Source: Octopus sinensis (taxonomy: Eukaryota). From it: a DNA stretch of 42,514 bases. The stretch lies in the NCBI RefSeq assembly GCF_006345805.1, contig NW_021835800.1, positions 1 through 42,514 on the forward strand, given 5' to 3'. This document shows, one piece after another, positions 12,388 through 23,579 of the stretch. The first letter of the stretch is position 1; every line of letters starts with the position of its first letter. The translations under genes and the position numbers were made by a program. The notes under the pieces are model-generated. The model was not told the origin of the DNA. It did no database searches and saw nothing but the letters and a program-made list of their open reading frames with translations.

Positions 12388-12714
12388 TGTATGTATTCAT
12401 CCTTGAAGTGAGTCGGTCTTAATTGTTCTTGTAAGGATAACGATACTCTTTCAGACAGAACTGTCGCTGGCATTTCTAATTCTCTTTTACACACACTTCG
12501 GAAAGAAGTCATTTGATTCCATTTCTTAAGATTCTTAAGATGTGCTGCTTTGATTTCGCTTAACGCCGAATTGGCAAAGTCGCTTAGAACATTGAAAACA
12601 ATATCTTGTGGCGTTGGTGATGACTCTCCACTCTCAGTTTTTTCGGAGACGGTAACTGAAGTGTCAGTCCAAGCCAATGGACTAACGGAACTCCAAGACT
12701 TTTTAACGTTATCT
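12388..12714 (-). CDS. Candidate internal coding exon of an unidentified gene (109 codons, phase 2-2)
   Basis: Non-repetitive, stop-free DNVKKSWSSVSPLAWTDTS...NVLSDFANSALSEIKAAHLKNLKKWNQMTSFRSVCKRELEMPATVLSERVSLSLQEQLRPTHFKDEYI; CTAAT branch-like motif then ttctatAG acceptor; CA|GTGCGT donor; 327 nt keeps frame. No domain recognised. Confidence 0.45.
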
Positions 12715-13125
12715 CTATAGAATTTCCATAGAAATTAGAGCCAGCACTGAAAGTTATGGCATTATATATACGAATACGTCTACGTAAACAATGCGATCGA
12801 AGATAGAAAAGTAGGTAACGACTGTATATGCATATTTCAGATTTTTTTCTCCTCTTCAGCACCACATCCCGCCCATTAACCAACCACGAACACATTGCTT
12901 AGATAGAGGCTGAATTTAGTGGCTTAGTCGTATATGATGGTTGCATAACGGAATACGTTTTTTCCTGCCATCAATTAATATGAACTGCAAGAATATCAGA
13001 TGTAAGGCTTTGAGGTTATGAGCCCTGGCAGATCATCGCCCTCTGAATTCGTAGGTGCTAGATTTATTCATTCGCTCAGTCTTACACGAACACATGGTCT
13101 CTGAGGAGCCTTTAGCATCCAAGAC

Positions 13126-13291
13126 TGTGTTTGTGTTTGTACCCCGCCACCCTTTGACAACCGCTGATGGGTTGTTTACGTTGGCAAAAAAAGACCGATA
13201 GAATAAGTACGAGATAAATACTGGGGTTGACTTTTCTGAATGAAACTATTTCAGGTGGTGCTCCAGCATGGCCGCAGTGCAATGGTTGAAA
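13126..13291 (+). mobile_element. SINE family A, 3' half
   Basis: tgtgtttgtacccc...ttgacaacc...agaccgatagaataagtac...ggtggtgctccagcatggccgcag. Confidence 0.85.
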
Positions 13292-13417
13292 GATGGTAAG
13301 CGAAAGGAGACGACTATGAACACAGCAAACGTATACGAGTTTCGATATTAGCTTCAATATTCTTTTTAAAATGGTAAGTTTTGTGCGAGATTTGGTTGAG
13401 ATTTCTGTCAGGTCAAA

Positions 13418-14389
13418 GCTCTCTCTCTCTCCCTTCCTCTCTCTCTATTTATCTATCTATCTCTTTCTCTCAGTTGCTGTCTTTCTCCTTATTCCTCTTT
13501 CCTTCTCTCTTCCTCTCTGTCTCTCTCACTCTTCTTTCTACTCTTTCTTTCTCTCAGAAGCTCTCTTTCCCGCTCTCTCTCTCTCTCTCTCCCACTCTCC
13601 CACTCCCCTCACTCTCATTGTCTGTTTCTTTCGTCCTCCCTCTCTTACTTCCTCTCTCTGTCTTTCTGTCACTCACTCTCTCTCTCTCATTCTCACACTT
13701 CTCTCACCCTCTTTCACTTTCACTCTTTCTCTCGCATACTTTTTCATCCTTTCTCTCTCTGTCTCAGTTTTTCTCTCACACTCTCTCTTTCTTCTGCTTC
13801 ACGCTCACTCTTTCTCTCTGCCTCTCTCTCTCTCTTGCTTCTCTCTCTGCCTCTCTCTCTCTCTCTCTCTGCCTCTCTCTCTCTCTTTGCCTCTCTCTGC
13901 CTCTCTCTCTATCTGCCTCTCTTTCTCTCTCTGCCTCTCTCTCTCTCTCTGCTTCTCTCTCTGCCGCTCTCTCCCTGCCTCTCTCTCTCTCTTTGCCTCT
14001 CTCTGCCTCTCTCTCTCTCTGCTTCTCTCTCTGCCTCTCTCTCTGCTTCTCTCTCTGCCCCTCTCTCTCTGCTTCTCTCTCTGCCTCTCTCTGCTTCTCT
14101 CTCTACCTCTCTCTCTCTCATTCTCTCTCTCTGCCGCTGTCTCTCTCTCTCTGCTTCTCACTCTTCCTCTTTCTCTCTGCTTCTCTCTCTGCCTCTCTCT
14201 CTCTCTCTGTCTCTCTCTCTGCCTCTCTCTCTGCCTCACTCTCTCTGCTTCTCTCTCTGCCTCTCTCTCTATCTGCCTCTCTTTCTCTCTCTGCCTCTCT
14301 CTCTCTGTTTCTCTCTCTGCCTTTCTCTGTTTCTCTCTCTACCTCTCTCTCTCTCTGCCTCTCTCTCTCCTCTCTCTGCCTCTCTCTCC

Positions 14390-14420
<31 letters not shown>

Positions 14421-14465
14421 GCCTCTCTCTCTCTCCCTCTCTCTCTCTCTGCCTCTCTCTGTCTG
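13418..14465. repeat. ~1-kb polypyrimidine (CT)n/CTG-interrupted tract
   Basis: Directly visible; source of the 418-aa, 375-aa and RERE ORFs. Confidence 0.97.
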
Positions 14466-14719
14466 CCTCATTGTACATATAAATGTGTGTCAAGGACTCG
14501 TGTGGTGAGTATGAGGATGTTGTGTGTTGTGTTCCGAATGGATGTAGAACAGGAAATTGTTGAATCAACAAGTGAGTGGATGACAATTAAACACACCTGC
14601 ATGAGACAATATTTAACACCTTCGTAAAAGAAGGAGCACAGGTGAGTCTGGGAGTCTGGGAGTGGCGGAGTGGCCTCAGGAAAAAGAACAACAATGACAA
14701 AAACGCCATCAAAAGCTTC

Positions 14720-15049
14720 ATGTGTGTGCATATGTGTCGACATAGGTCTGTATTTGCATATATGTGTCTGTGTGTCTGCGTATGTGTAAGTATATGTGTG
14801 TGTATGTATATAGGTATATATATGTGTGTATATGTCTGTGTATGTTTGTATGGGTGAGGGTGTGTATGTGTGTGTATGTGTGTATGGATGCGTGGGGTAT
14901 AAACGTATGTGTGCGTGTGTATGCGTGTGTGCGTATGTATATGTGTATAGGTATGTAGAGTGTATGTAGATGATGTATTACATGCGTGCACAGTGTGTGT
15001 AACTGTGTGTGTGAGAGAGTATGTGTGTGTGCGTGTGTGTATGTATGTG

Positions 15050-15100
<51 letters not shown>
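14720..15100. repeat. (TG)/(TATG)-rich microsatellite
   Basis: Directly visible. Confidence 0.93.
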
Positions 15101-15106
<6 letters not shown>

Positions 15107-15412
15107 AAAGGTGAAAATTATTTGCTCTCACTGAAGGTAAATATGCGCTGCCTGAGACCATTGTCCCGTTGTGGACATTAAATCACATGAGAGTCCCTCG
15201 TGGACCCTCTGCAAGATTTCTCATTGCATAACGTGTACAGAGACAGCCACTGAAAAGGAGCCCATAAAAGGAGACTAGTGTATATACGGTTGTGTGATAT
15301 ATATATATACCACACACGGAGTTTGCTTCTTACAGGATCTCTAACATACAGAGTAGTGTATATACGGTGCGTGGTATATATATATATATATATTATATAT
15401 ATATAATATATC

Positions 15413-15461
<49 letters not shown>

Positions 15462-15474
15462 TATATTACATACA

Positions 15475-15812
15475 TATGCTAGAAATAGGCCCCTATGGTC
15501 TTACCACTAAGAAATGAATGTTCTCAAGAAAATTTTAGCAAACACCAGAACGTAAGCGAGCAAGACAAATGAAATGAAATAAAATATAGATTAATCACAA
15601 GCTAGTTTTGAAATTACCACTTACGTAATTGTCCGTAGCTCGTCAGTGTGATCACCTTCGTAAATATAATTTGCAGAACTATACACTAGCTTGTGATTAA
15701 TCTATATTCTGTTTCTCTTCATTTGTCTTGTTTACATTCTGACGTTTGCTAAATTTTCTTGAGCACATTCCTTTCTTAGTTGTAAGACCATAGCCGATCT
15801 ACTTCTAGCATA
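15475..15812. mobile_element. Fold-back element (~130-bp imperfect inverted arms) with a degenerate hammerhead in the loop; PLE-derived or MITE-like
   Basis: Arms 15475-15606 and 15685-15812; minus strand reads ATCACA-CTGACGA-...-AAAA-CTAG-C-T-TGTGAT at 15652-15594. Confidence 0.75.
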
Positions 15813-15966
15813 ATGGATGTCAACGTAGTGGTGATCCTGCTTATATGTATGTAATATAGTTTTTCTGTATCTTCAGATTTTAATGTGCTAGACCATTGGT
15901 TTTAAATTGATATTAATCAAATTAATATTCAATTTTTCACTCTTATTATTTTAAATTATATATATA

Positions 15967-16007
<41 letters not shown>

Positions 16008-16434
16008 ATATATATATATATCTTATATACTAATTATACTATGTAGTCGACAAAATCAAAAACAAACCATGTGCTGTGCGGAAATATAAAATATAACAAG
16101 GCGACAATTTACCCATCGCAGCCTCTGTGTGTGTGTGTATGTGTGTGTGTGTGTGTGTTTGTGTCTTCAGGATTGAATATAAAGAAGACAACAAACAGAA
16201 AATACGACATACCTATATATATAATAATTCAAAACAAGGCCTTGGTATCCCGAAGATCCAAAAGGCAGATAAGGCGATGTAAATGCTATGGAAGGACAGT
16301 TGTTAGATTCCCGGTTCGATAATAGTGTAAGTGACGAATCTAACGTGGGTCATGTGTGAGCGTGTATATATGTTAAATAAAATGAGACAACAAAGCCAAG
16401 GCAGTGTGAAATTTCTAGGACATTTTATAAGGTA

Positions 16435-16482
16435 ATCTTACAGCTGTTTCGGTTATATAAAAGACATCCCCTCATCAAAGAC
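16435..16482 (-). ncRNA. Hammerhead-like motif (C3U variant)
   Basis: GTCT-TTGATGA-GG...CC-GAAA-CAGCTG-TA-AGAT; palindromic stem III ACAGCTGT. Confidence 0.6.
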
Positions 16483-17708
16483 GATATGAGAGAGTTAAAT
16501 AGAAGGAAATAGTAGAATTCAATATAAGAAGTTATTTTGGAATGCGAGGAAGTATAAAGGGATATATATAAGAATAAGAATAAAAAGAGAAAATAGAAAT
16601 ATATTTTGGTAGGCTCACTCATATATACACACGTATTCTATAGTAAATTATAGTTGTACTTACAAACTGGTTTGTGTGTATGTGTGTATTTATGAGTGCG
16701 TTTCTGTGTATATGTAAATATATTATATACGTGTGTGTGTTTATGTATTTGTGTGTATATCACGCGCACACAATCACACACAAAACATTTTGTGTGTATA
16801 CAACCATTGAACTATTATAAATCATTGATTAGATGATGTGTATAAGTGTATATGAGTGTATTTGTCTGTGCGTGTGCGTGCATGTATGTTTGTTCGTTTA
16901 CGCACATGTGTTTGGTGTATGTGTGTGTGTGTAAAAGTGTACCTACGTATCTTGTGAGTATATTAATTCTCGAGGCGAATATGCAGGGATATATTAATAT
17001 ACATGCATAACTGTGTATATATATATATATACATATAAAATATATATATAGATATAATATATATATATTATATATATATATTAATATAAAGATATATATA
17101 TATATATGGGTACGTCTGTGTGTGTCGTGTCTGTGTGGGTCCGTATGAGTGATAAAGTGTAAGCTATATATTATATATGTGTGTGTGTGTAGTATACAAA
17201 TGGACATATATAGGTATATTTACACACACAAAGTTTATATAACTAATATTTATTACTGTAAGTTAGGTGATGTGTGTGTGTGTAAGTGTACATGTACAGC
17301 GTATAATGTATATACGCGTATATATAGATGTATATATATCTATGTGCGTATAGAATACATGTGTGTGTATATACGTATGTATCCAATCACGTCGATGAGA
17401 TTGATTGCCAAAAGAGGGCGCTGGAGGCAAAAATCAATCTTAAATTACATATTTCATCATCGAACTGCCAATACGTGTCCAATCACAACTAGATATTTCC
17501 CTCGTTGCTCACACTTCATCGGTAGAAGGTGGGTGGGGGGCTGTCTGGGGAACGGGGTGGGGGTAGGAATCATAAATACTCCAATAAACAGAACGTATAT
17601 TAAGTGAACGTCAACAGGAGAAACGCAAAGATGGGGTATTGATGAGGAGTGGTGTGTGGAGTGGTCACGGCTGGACACTCCTTCATTTATATATATATAT
17701 ACATAAAT

Positions 17709-17994
17709 TTATTATTATTATTATTATCATGTTCATATACACTTAAAAGATTAGACTGTTGGAAAAGAAAAATTCCTAACATCGTTCTAAAACAAGTAAC
17801 CTTAGATATCAAGAACCCCGTTATCGGGTTACAACAAGTAACCTTGGATGCCAAGAACCCTCCTAAGTATCCTAGCTGTCCCTAATAACACTGTTTTCTG
17901 GAGCTGTACTAAACTGGGTTTTATGCCAATTTTCCCTGTCTGTCTGTTCAGATCTTTAGGGATAGTTCCCAATGCACTGGGATACATTTTACCG
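17709..17994 (-). mobile_element. 3' end of an R4/Dong-like (restriction-like endonuclease) non-LTR retrotransposon with (AAT)n tail
   Basis: Translation ALGTIPKDLNRQTGKIGIKPSLVQLQKTVLLGTARILRRVL resembles the conserved C-terminus of RLE-type LINEs; followed by a short UTR and (AAT)n. Confidence 0.8.
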
Positions 17995-18023
17995 TATATA
18001 TATATATATATATGTGTGTGTGT

Positions 18024-18058
<35 letters not shown>

Positions 18059-18149
18059 TACGTGTGCATGTGTGTATGTATGTACATATGTATGTATGTT
18101 GACGAAGCAAAAATGTTCCTACCGTTGTTTGAGCTTTGAGTAAAATTAT

Positions 18150-18193
<44 letters not shown>

Positions 18194-18237
18194 GAGAGAG
18201 AGAAGAGGAGAGGAGAGAGAGAGAGAGAGAGAGAGAG

Positions 18238-18271
<34 letters not shown>

Positions 18272-18459
18272 GACAGAGTAAAATCTATTTGCCAACGGAA
18301 GTTGGCAGTCTAGTCCTAATTAGGACGGTGTTACTACTTTTACCGGTCAGTTAAATTTTAGCCCCAGGAAAACATCTTTTCCAGCTGACTACCGACTCAC
18401 AACAGCGTCCTTAAACTTCGAACAAGGGAGCTAATGTCCCCACTCAGCCTTAAACTGTA

Positions 18460-18504
18460 CCTGCAGACCATGGTTTCAGGGTTATTTCTCTTCATCGGCA
18501 CAGG
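18460..18504 (-). ncRNA. Hammerhead-like motif (U4C variant)
   Basis: CCTGTG-CCGATGA-AGAGAAATAACCCT-GAAA-CCATGG-TC-TGCAGG; stem I 6 bp (2 GU), stem III palindrome ACCATGGT. Confidence 0.62.
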
Positions 18505-18915
18505 ACAACCGTTGGCTTAGAGATGGCAGCACTAGGTCTTGTCCGAGGTATATACTTTTAATGTGAAACACAGTCACTGATCTCGTAAAGAGGAAAGTTT
18601 TAAATGTATGAGCGAGAAGTAAGTAGTAACAGTACTACAAATTAAAAACTATTTGCGAATGTTATATAGATAGATAGATAGATATATACAGACATATATA
18701 TCCATATATATATGCGTGTGTGTATCATACACACATATTATATATGTGTGTACGTTTGTATGAATATGTATAAATGTGTGTGTGTGTGTATGTCCATTTG
18801 TCTGTAAGGGAAAAATATCTCGCAACTTTGGCGAAAATCTTTTTTTTTTTTCGTTTTAAGCATCTCAACGGAGAGTACGCTGATCGCTGAACGTGGACTA
18901 AATTATTGCTTAGAG

Positions 18916-19266
18916 CAATGGTTCTTAACGGAAACCCTTGTGGTCCATGAGGGCCCATATAAGATTTTGGGGGAGTCCACGTAACAAAACAGTAAATTGG
19001 GGATTTCTAATAGTATTTTAAGGGCCCCTGAAAAAATTTTGCTTTAGATGTATGTATTGGTACGGATTGAAGAAACAGCTAGGTTTCTTTCTCTAACATT
19101 TTACATCGTTCAACCTACACAAGTTAATGGGAGAAAAACCAAATAGGAATCTTGAAAGAAGTTTCTGCAAAAGTAATTTTTAAACATCGAATAGCTGTAG
19201 GGTTCTAGCAGAATAAAACAATAATTAGAGGGTTCCAAAGGTAAAAACAATGGTTGAGAATCCCTT
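18916..19266 (+). mobile_element. Non-autonomous hAT (Charlie-like) MITE
   Basis: Degenerate TIRs caatggttcttaac / ggttgagaatccctt; degraded 8-bp TSD gcttagag / gtttgggg. Confidence 0.7.
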
Positions 19267-19739
19267 GTTTGGGGCAGTAATCTAATGAGATATAATAATA
19301 GCTAAAATTAAAAACAAAAAAGGCTATAAAGTATAAAATCGTATCACAGATATTAAAATATATAAATACGTATATTGAATATATATAATCCGGACACAAG
19401 TTGGTGTTTCTAGCTGCTCGCAGCGGTGGAATAATTACCAGCGTGAAGCTTTCGTGAGTGAATAGCAAAGAGGCAGAAAATTACTGCTTATATATATAAT
19501 ACAAAGCCAGTAGAATATGGTGAATAAGAAAGGTAAGTAGAAGAAGGAGACCGAAATATCGAGAATCCTGGCATCACATCAGTTAGTTTACGTCTGTGAT
19601 TGCCCTTTTTTTTGTTTTGTTTTTTTGGAAAGTTGATTTTTGCAGACCAAAGATCTTAGAATTCTCGATATTTTAGTCTCCCTCCGTTGCTTATCCATGT
19701 TAATCGTTATATTTCAGTAAACGCGTTTGTTCTATAAAT

Positions 19740-20166
19740 AAATGTGTGCATGCACGTATGCATGTATGTATGTATGCATGTATGTATGTATGCATACATG
19801 CATGCATGTATGTATGTACGTATCTATGTATGTATGTATGCATGTATGTATGTATGTATGTATGTATGTATGTATGTATGTATGTATGTATGTATGTATG
19901 TATGTATGCATGCATACATGTATGTATGTATGCATGTATGTATGTATGCATGTATGTATGTATGTATGTATGTATGCATGTATGTATGCATGTATGCATG
20001 CATACATGTATGTATGTATGCATGTATGTATGTATGCATGTATGTATGTATGTATGTATGTATGCATGTATGTATGTATGTATGTATGCATGTATGTATA
20101 TATGTATGTATGTATGTATGCATGTATGTATGTATATTTATGCATGTATATATTTATGTGTGTATG

Positions 20167-20200
<34 letters not shown>

Positions 20201-20260
20201 TGCATGTATGTATGTATGTATGCATGTATTTATGTATATATGTATGTATGTATGTGTGTG
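19740..20260. repeat. (TATG)n/(TGCA)-interrupted microsatellite
   Basis: Directly visible. Confidence 0.97.
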
Positions 20261-20586
20261 TACGAGTTTGCATCTATTGGTGCAGACTACTTTAACATAT
20301 ACCAATATAAATATGTACGCATCTGTAAACATAACTATATCTGTATGTATTTCTACGTATATATATATGTGTGTGTGTTATCATAAGCATCTGTCTAAAT
20401 GTGCAAACCATAAGGCATAATACATACATACATATATATGTGTATATATATATATATATAATATATATATATAATATTATATATATATATATATATAATA
20501 TATATATATATGTAGTATGTATATTTGTATGTATTGTATTGTTCATCTGAGCATCAGCAACATTCTAACTTGTCTCTTTTTTCTTT

Positions 20587-21055
20587 GGCCCCTGACGAAG
20601 GATTGTATCCGAAACGTTCGATATTACACTCTTTGCGGCAAATTCACTGTACCCCTTTCAATTTTTTTTCAATTCTTGCCGGCGTACAACTCTCAGATTA
20701 TTATACCCAACCACTAAATTCTCCGGACTACCTTTCTCACTATGCCTACTCATAACATCTCAACTCACAGTTGCACCACACTTTTCTTCTTTCTTTTTCC
20801 CTCTCTGCTCACTGCTACCATATCGCGTCTAGATATTAACTCGCTGATACAGTCATTTGAACTACTCAATACATAAACCAGTCGCCATGCTTGATCTCTA
20901 AGCACACAATTTTTTTTTCTCTGTTTATTTTCTCTTATTCCTTTCTGTTGAAGAGCGTAGGCTCGAAACGTAAAAGACTTTCTCGCTTTCCCGAGCGCCA
21001 AACTAATACACCTTCTTGTTGTTCATACTCTTGTTTTCCTCTAAATTTCAACAAT
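20587..21055 (+). mobile_element. Two adjacent PLE-type terminal fragments, each with a hammerhead-like core
   Basis: CTGACGA-A-GGA/TCC-GAAACGT at 20592-20617 and CTGTTGA-A-GAGC/GCTC-GAAACGTA at 20945-20972. Confidence 0.6.
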
Positions 21056-21102
21056 ACACATATACGTGCATGTGTGTGTGTGTGTGTGTGTTTATGTACA
21101 TA

Positions 21103-21483
21103 CACGGATTGGACAAAATAATGGAGACAACTTAACATTTCAAATAAATTTATTTCAATATGTGTTAGAACCACCTTTGGCAGTAATTACAGCTTCAATT
21201 CTACGAGGTATGGACTCGTACAAAGTTTGAATTGTTTCCAAAATGATTTTTTTTTCCATTCTTCAGCTAAAACAGTCTCCAGTTCTTGTAGTGATGATGG
21301 TGGAGGATATCGACTCCTTACTTGTTTTTCTAAAATGAACCATAAATGTTCAAAAATATTGAAATCTGGGGACTGTGGTGACCAGATAAGATGTTCAACT
21401 TCACTAGAATGCTCCTCGTGCCATTCAGTAACAACTTTAGCAGTGTGAATTAGTACATTATCATCCTGAAAGATTACGTTTCT
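21103..21483 (-). mobile_element. Tc1-family transposon 3' fragment, D-36-E spacing, with terminal TIR and TA
   Basis: IFQDDN...WSPQSPDFNIFEHLW...EKQVRSRYPPPSSLQELETVLAEEW; 36 residues between the catalytic D and E; TA at 21101-02 then cacggattggacaaaataatggagac. Confidence 0.9.
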
Positions 21484-21498
21484 CGGAGAGAAACGTAA

Positions 21499-21846
21499 GG
21501 AAAAACAGATGCTCGGATCATACACGTTGATCCATAAGCAGTCTGGTGCATTTTATGTTTGTTTAGCGTTTTTTTCCAAGTTCAACACAAAACTTCATTG
21601 CATAGCGAGCTGCTAAATTGTCTTTGCGTACCGACTGCTTTCTGACAACTAGTCTGTCGTTACAGTGTTTTAGTAGGGTGTGTTCAAAGTGCTGTTACAA
21701 ACGTCTCCATCAGTCTGGAATAATAAAAGTTGGCAGGTCACCTTATTAGATACATAGTAATGATATGCTAAAATTGCAATGACGTAAGACAGTTCTATCT
21801 GTCTCTCCTAAAAGAAGTCACAAAACTTCTGGAATGCACATCATAT
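21499..21846 (-). mobile_element. Mariner 5' fragment (TIR-like end and N-terminal HTH start)
   Basis: Frameshifted RYAMKFCVELGK...KMHQTAYGSTCMIRASVF resembles mariner N-termini (QRYAIKFC..LGK...MLQ.AYG..MSR..VF); TA-TGATGTGCATTCCAGAAGTTT end near 21846. Confidence 0.8.
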
Positions 21847-21953
21847 ATAATGATCCTAAAAATGTTTTATATATACATGTGTGTGTGTGTCTGTGTGTGT
21901 GACTGAGTGCATGTGTGTGTATATAGATATAGATATAGCTATATCACTTACAT

Positions 21954-21988
<35 letters not shown>

Positions 21989-22816
21989 TGCACTCGCATG
22001 CATATATACACACGTGTGTATTTGTGAAAACTTTGATTGGATATATGTCTATATATATAGATACATTATATATAAATATATGTGTGTATATATATACACA
22101 CACACACACACAAATATACTTACATATTTGTGTAACCATGTACGTATGTATATAAGAACATACATACGTATATACATATACCTATATTATATATATTATT
22201 TATATTATGTACCTATATATATATATGTATTATATATGTATATGTATATATATATATATTAATATATATATATATATTATATATATATTATATATATATA
22301 TATATATACATACATACAGGTATACATGTATACACACATATATGTAGGTACACTTAATTGCATTCAAGATTACTTTTACACTGCGACCAAAGAGGCAGCA
22401 GTCATAAATAATAGACAAACACCGTCTTTACTGGCCGAGAGTTGCGTCGGCATCAGAGAGTTTAACTTACGCAGAAGTCTATAAAAACTGGTGGGAACCA
22501 GATGAAGGGAAGACGATGAAATCGAACGACTGGAGACGTAGACACATATACAAGCACGCATGCGCATGCAATGGTACACTCACACGCAGAGATATAAACT
22601 AGTTTCTAGTTTCCGAGACCTTAGAAGGCTTCCAGTGGATCGATACGTGTAAAGCAAAGACAAGAGATATTCATGTCTATATTTATATCTATATCTATCT
22701 GTCTGTCTGTCTGTGTAAGTGTGTCCACATGTGCGTGTGTGTGTTTGTGTATGTATGTTTATTTATGTATATTATATATATATATATATGTGTGTGGTGT
22801 GTGTGTGTGTGTATGC

Positions 22817-22850
<34 letters not shown>

Positions 22851-23094
22851 GATGATCCAAGAAAATACATTTTGTTAGGCTCATTAATTTTAGTAAATTT
22901 ATATCATCAACATACATACATACACACATACATACATACATACAACATACATACATACATACATACATACATACATACATACACACATTCATACATACAG
23001 CATTTCAAGACGTACAGACAAGAAACTAATATCTCCCCAAAAAAATACATTGTTTACATAATATATCCTTCAATTATTGTTTCTTTTATAGTCA

Positions 23095-23245
23095 TTATCG
23101 TTGCTGCTGCTGCTGATACTGATGAAGCTGCCGATGCTGTTGTTTTTGTTGTTGTTGATGATGATGATGAATGATGATGATGAAGCTGCCTATGATGTTG
23201 TTTTTGTTGTTGTTGTTGATGATGATGTTGATGCTGATGATGATA
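23095..23245. repeat. (GAT)/(GTT)/(GCT) trinucleotide tract
   Basis: Directly visible. Confidence 0.93.
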
Positions 23246-23579
23246 TAGGTGCGTTAAGTAATAAATGCATTATAGCTGTTATTTTTGTCGTTGCCTGTGC
23301 ATTTTTTAATTTCTTGTTTTGTTCCGCTTGACTAAGTTTGTCGACACGGGTCAGATCTCACCCGGCTTAATAGGCAAAACAGTTAAACAATTAAATAGAA
23401 AATTGGTTCCAGGCCTATAAATTGGCTGGGTTATTGAATGACTTCAACACCGCCTACACACACTCTCACTTTCTCTCCGTCACTTTCTCTCTCCCTCCTT
23501 CTTTATCTCCCTCTCCCCCTCTCTCTCTCCTTCTCACCCTTTCCCCATCTCTTTCTTTGTCTCTTGCTCTTTGGTCCGC

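Noticed and set aside
13371-13379. ATG immediately followed by GTAAGT (possible ATG-only first exon); similar donors at 19533 and 24275
   Set aside because: GTAAGT is expected many times by chance in 42 kb, and no compatible downstream exon was found.
22471-22529. 59-nt minus-strand micro-exon with good AG and GTAAGT signals
   Set aside because: Too short to evaluate, and its phase does not join the 12714 exon directly.
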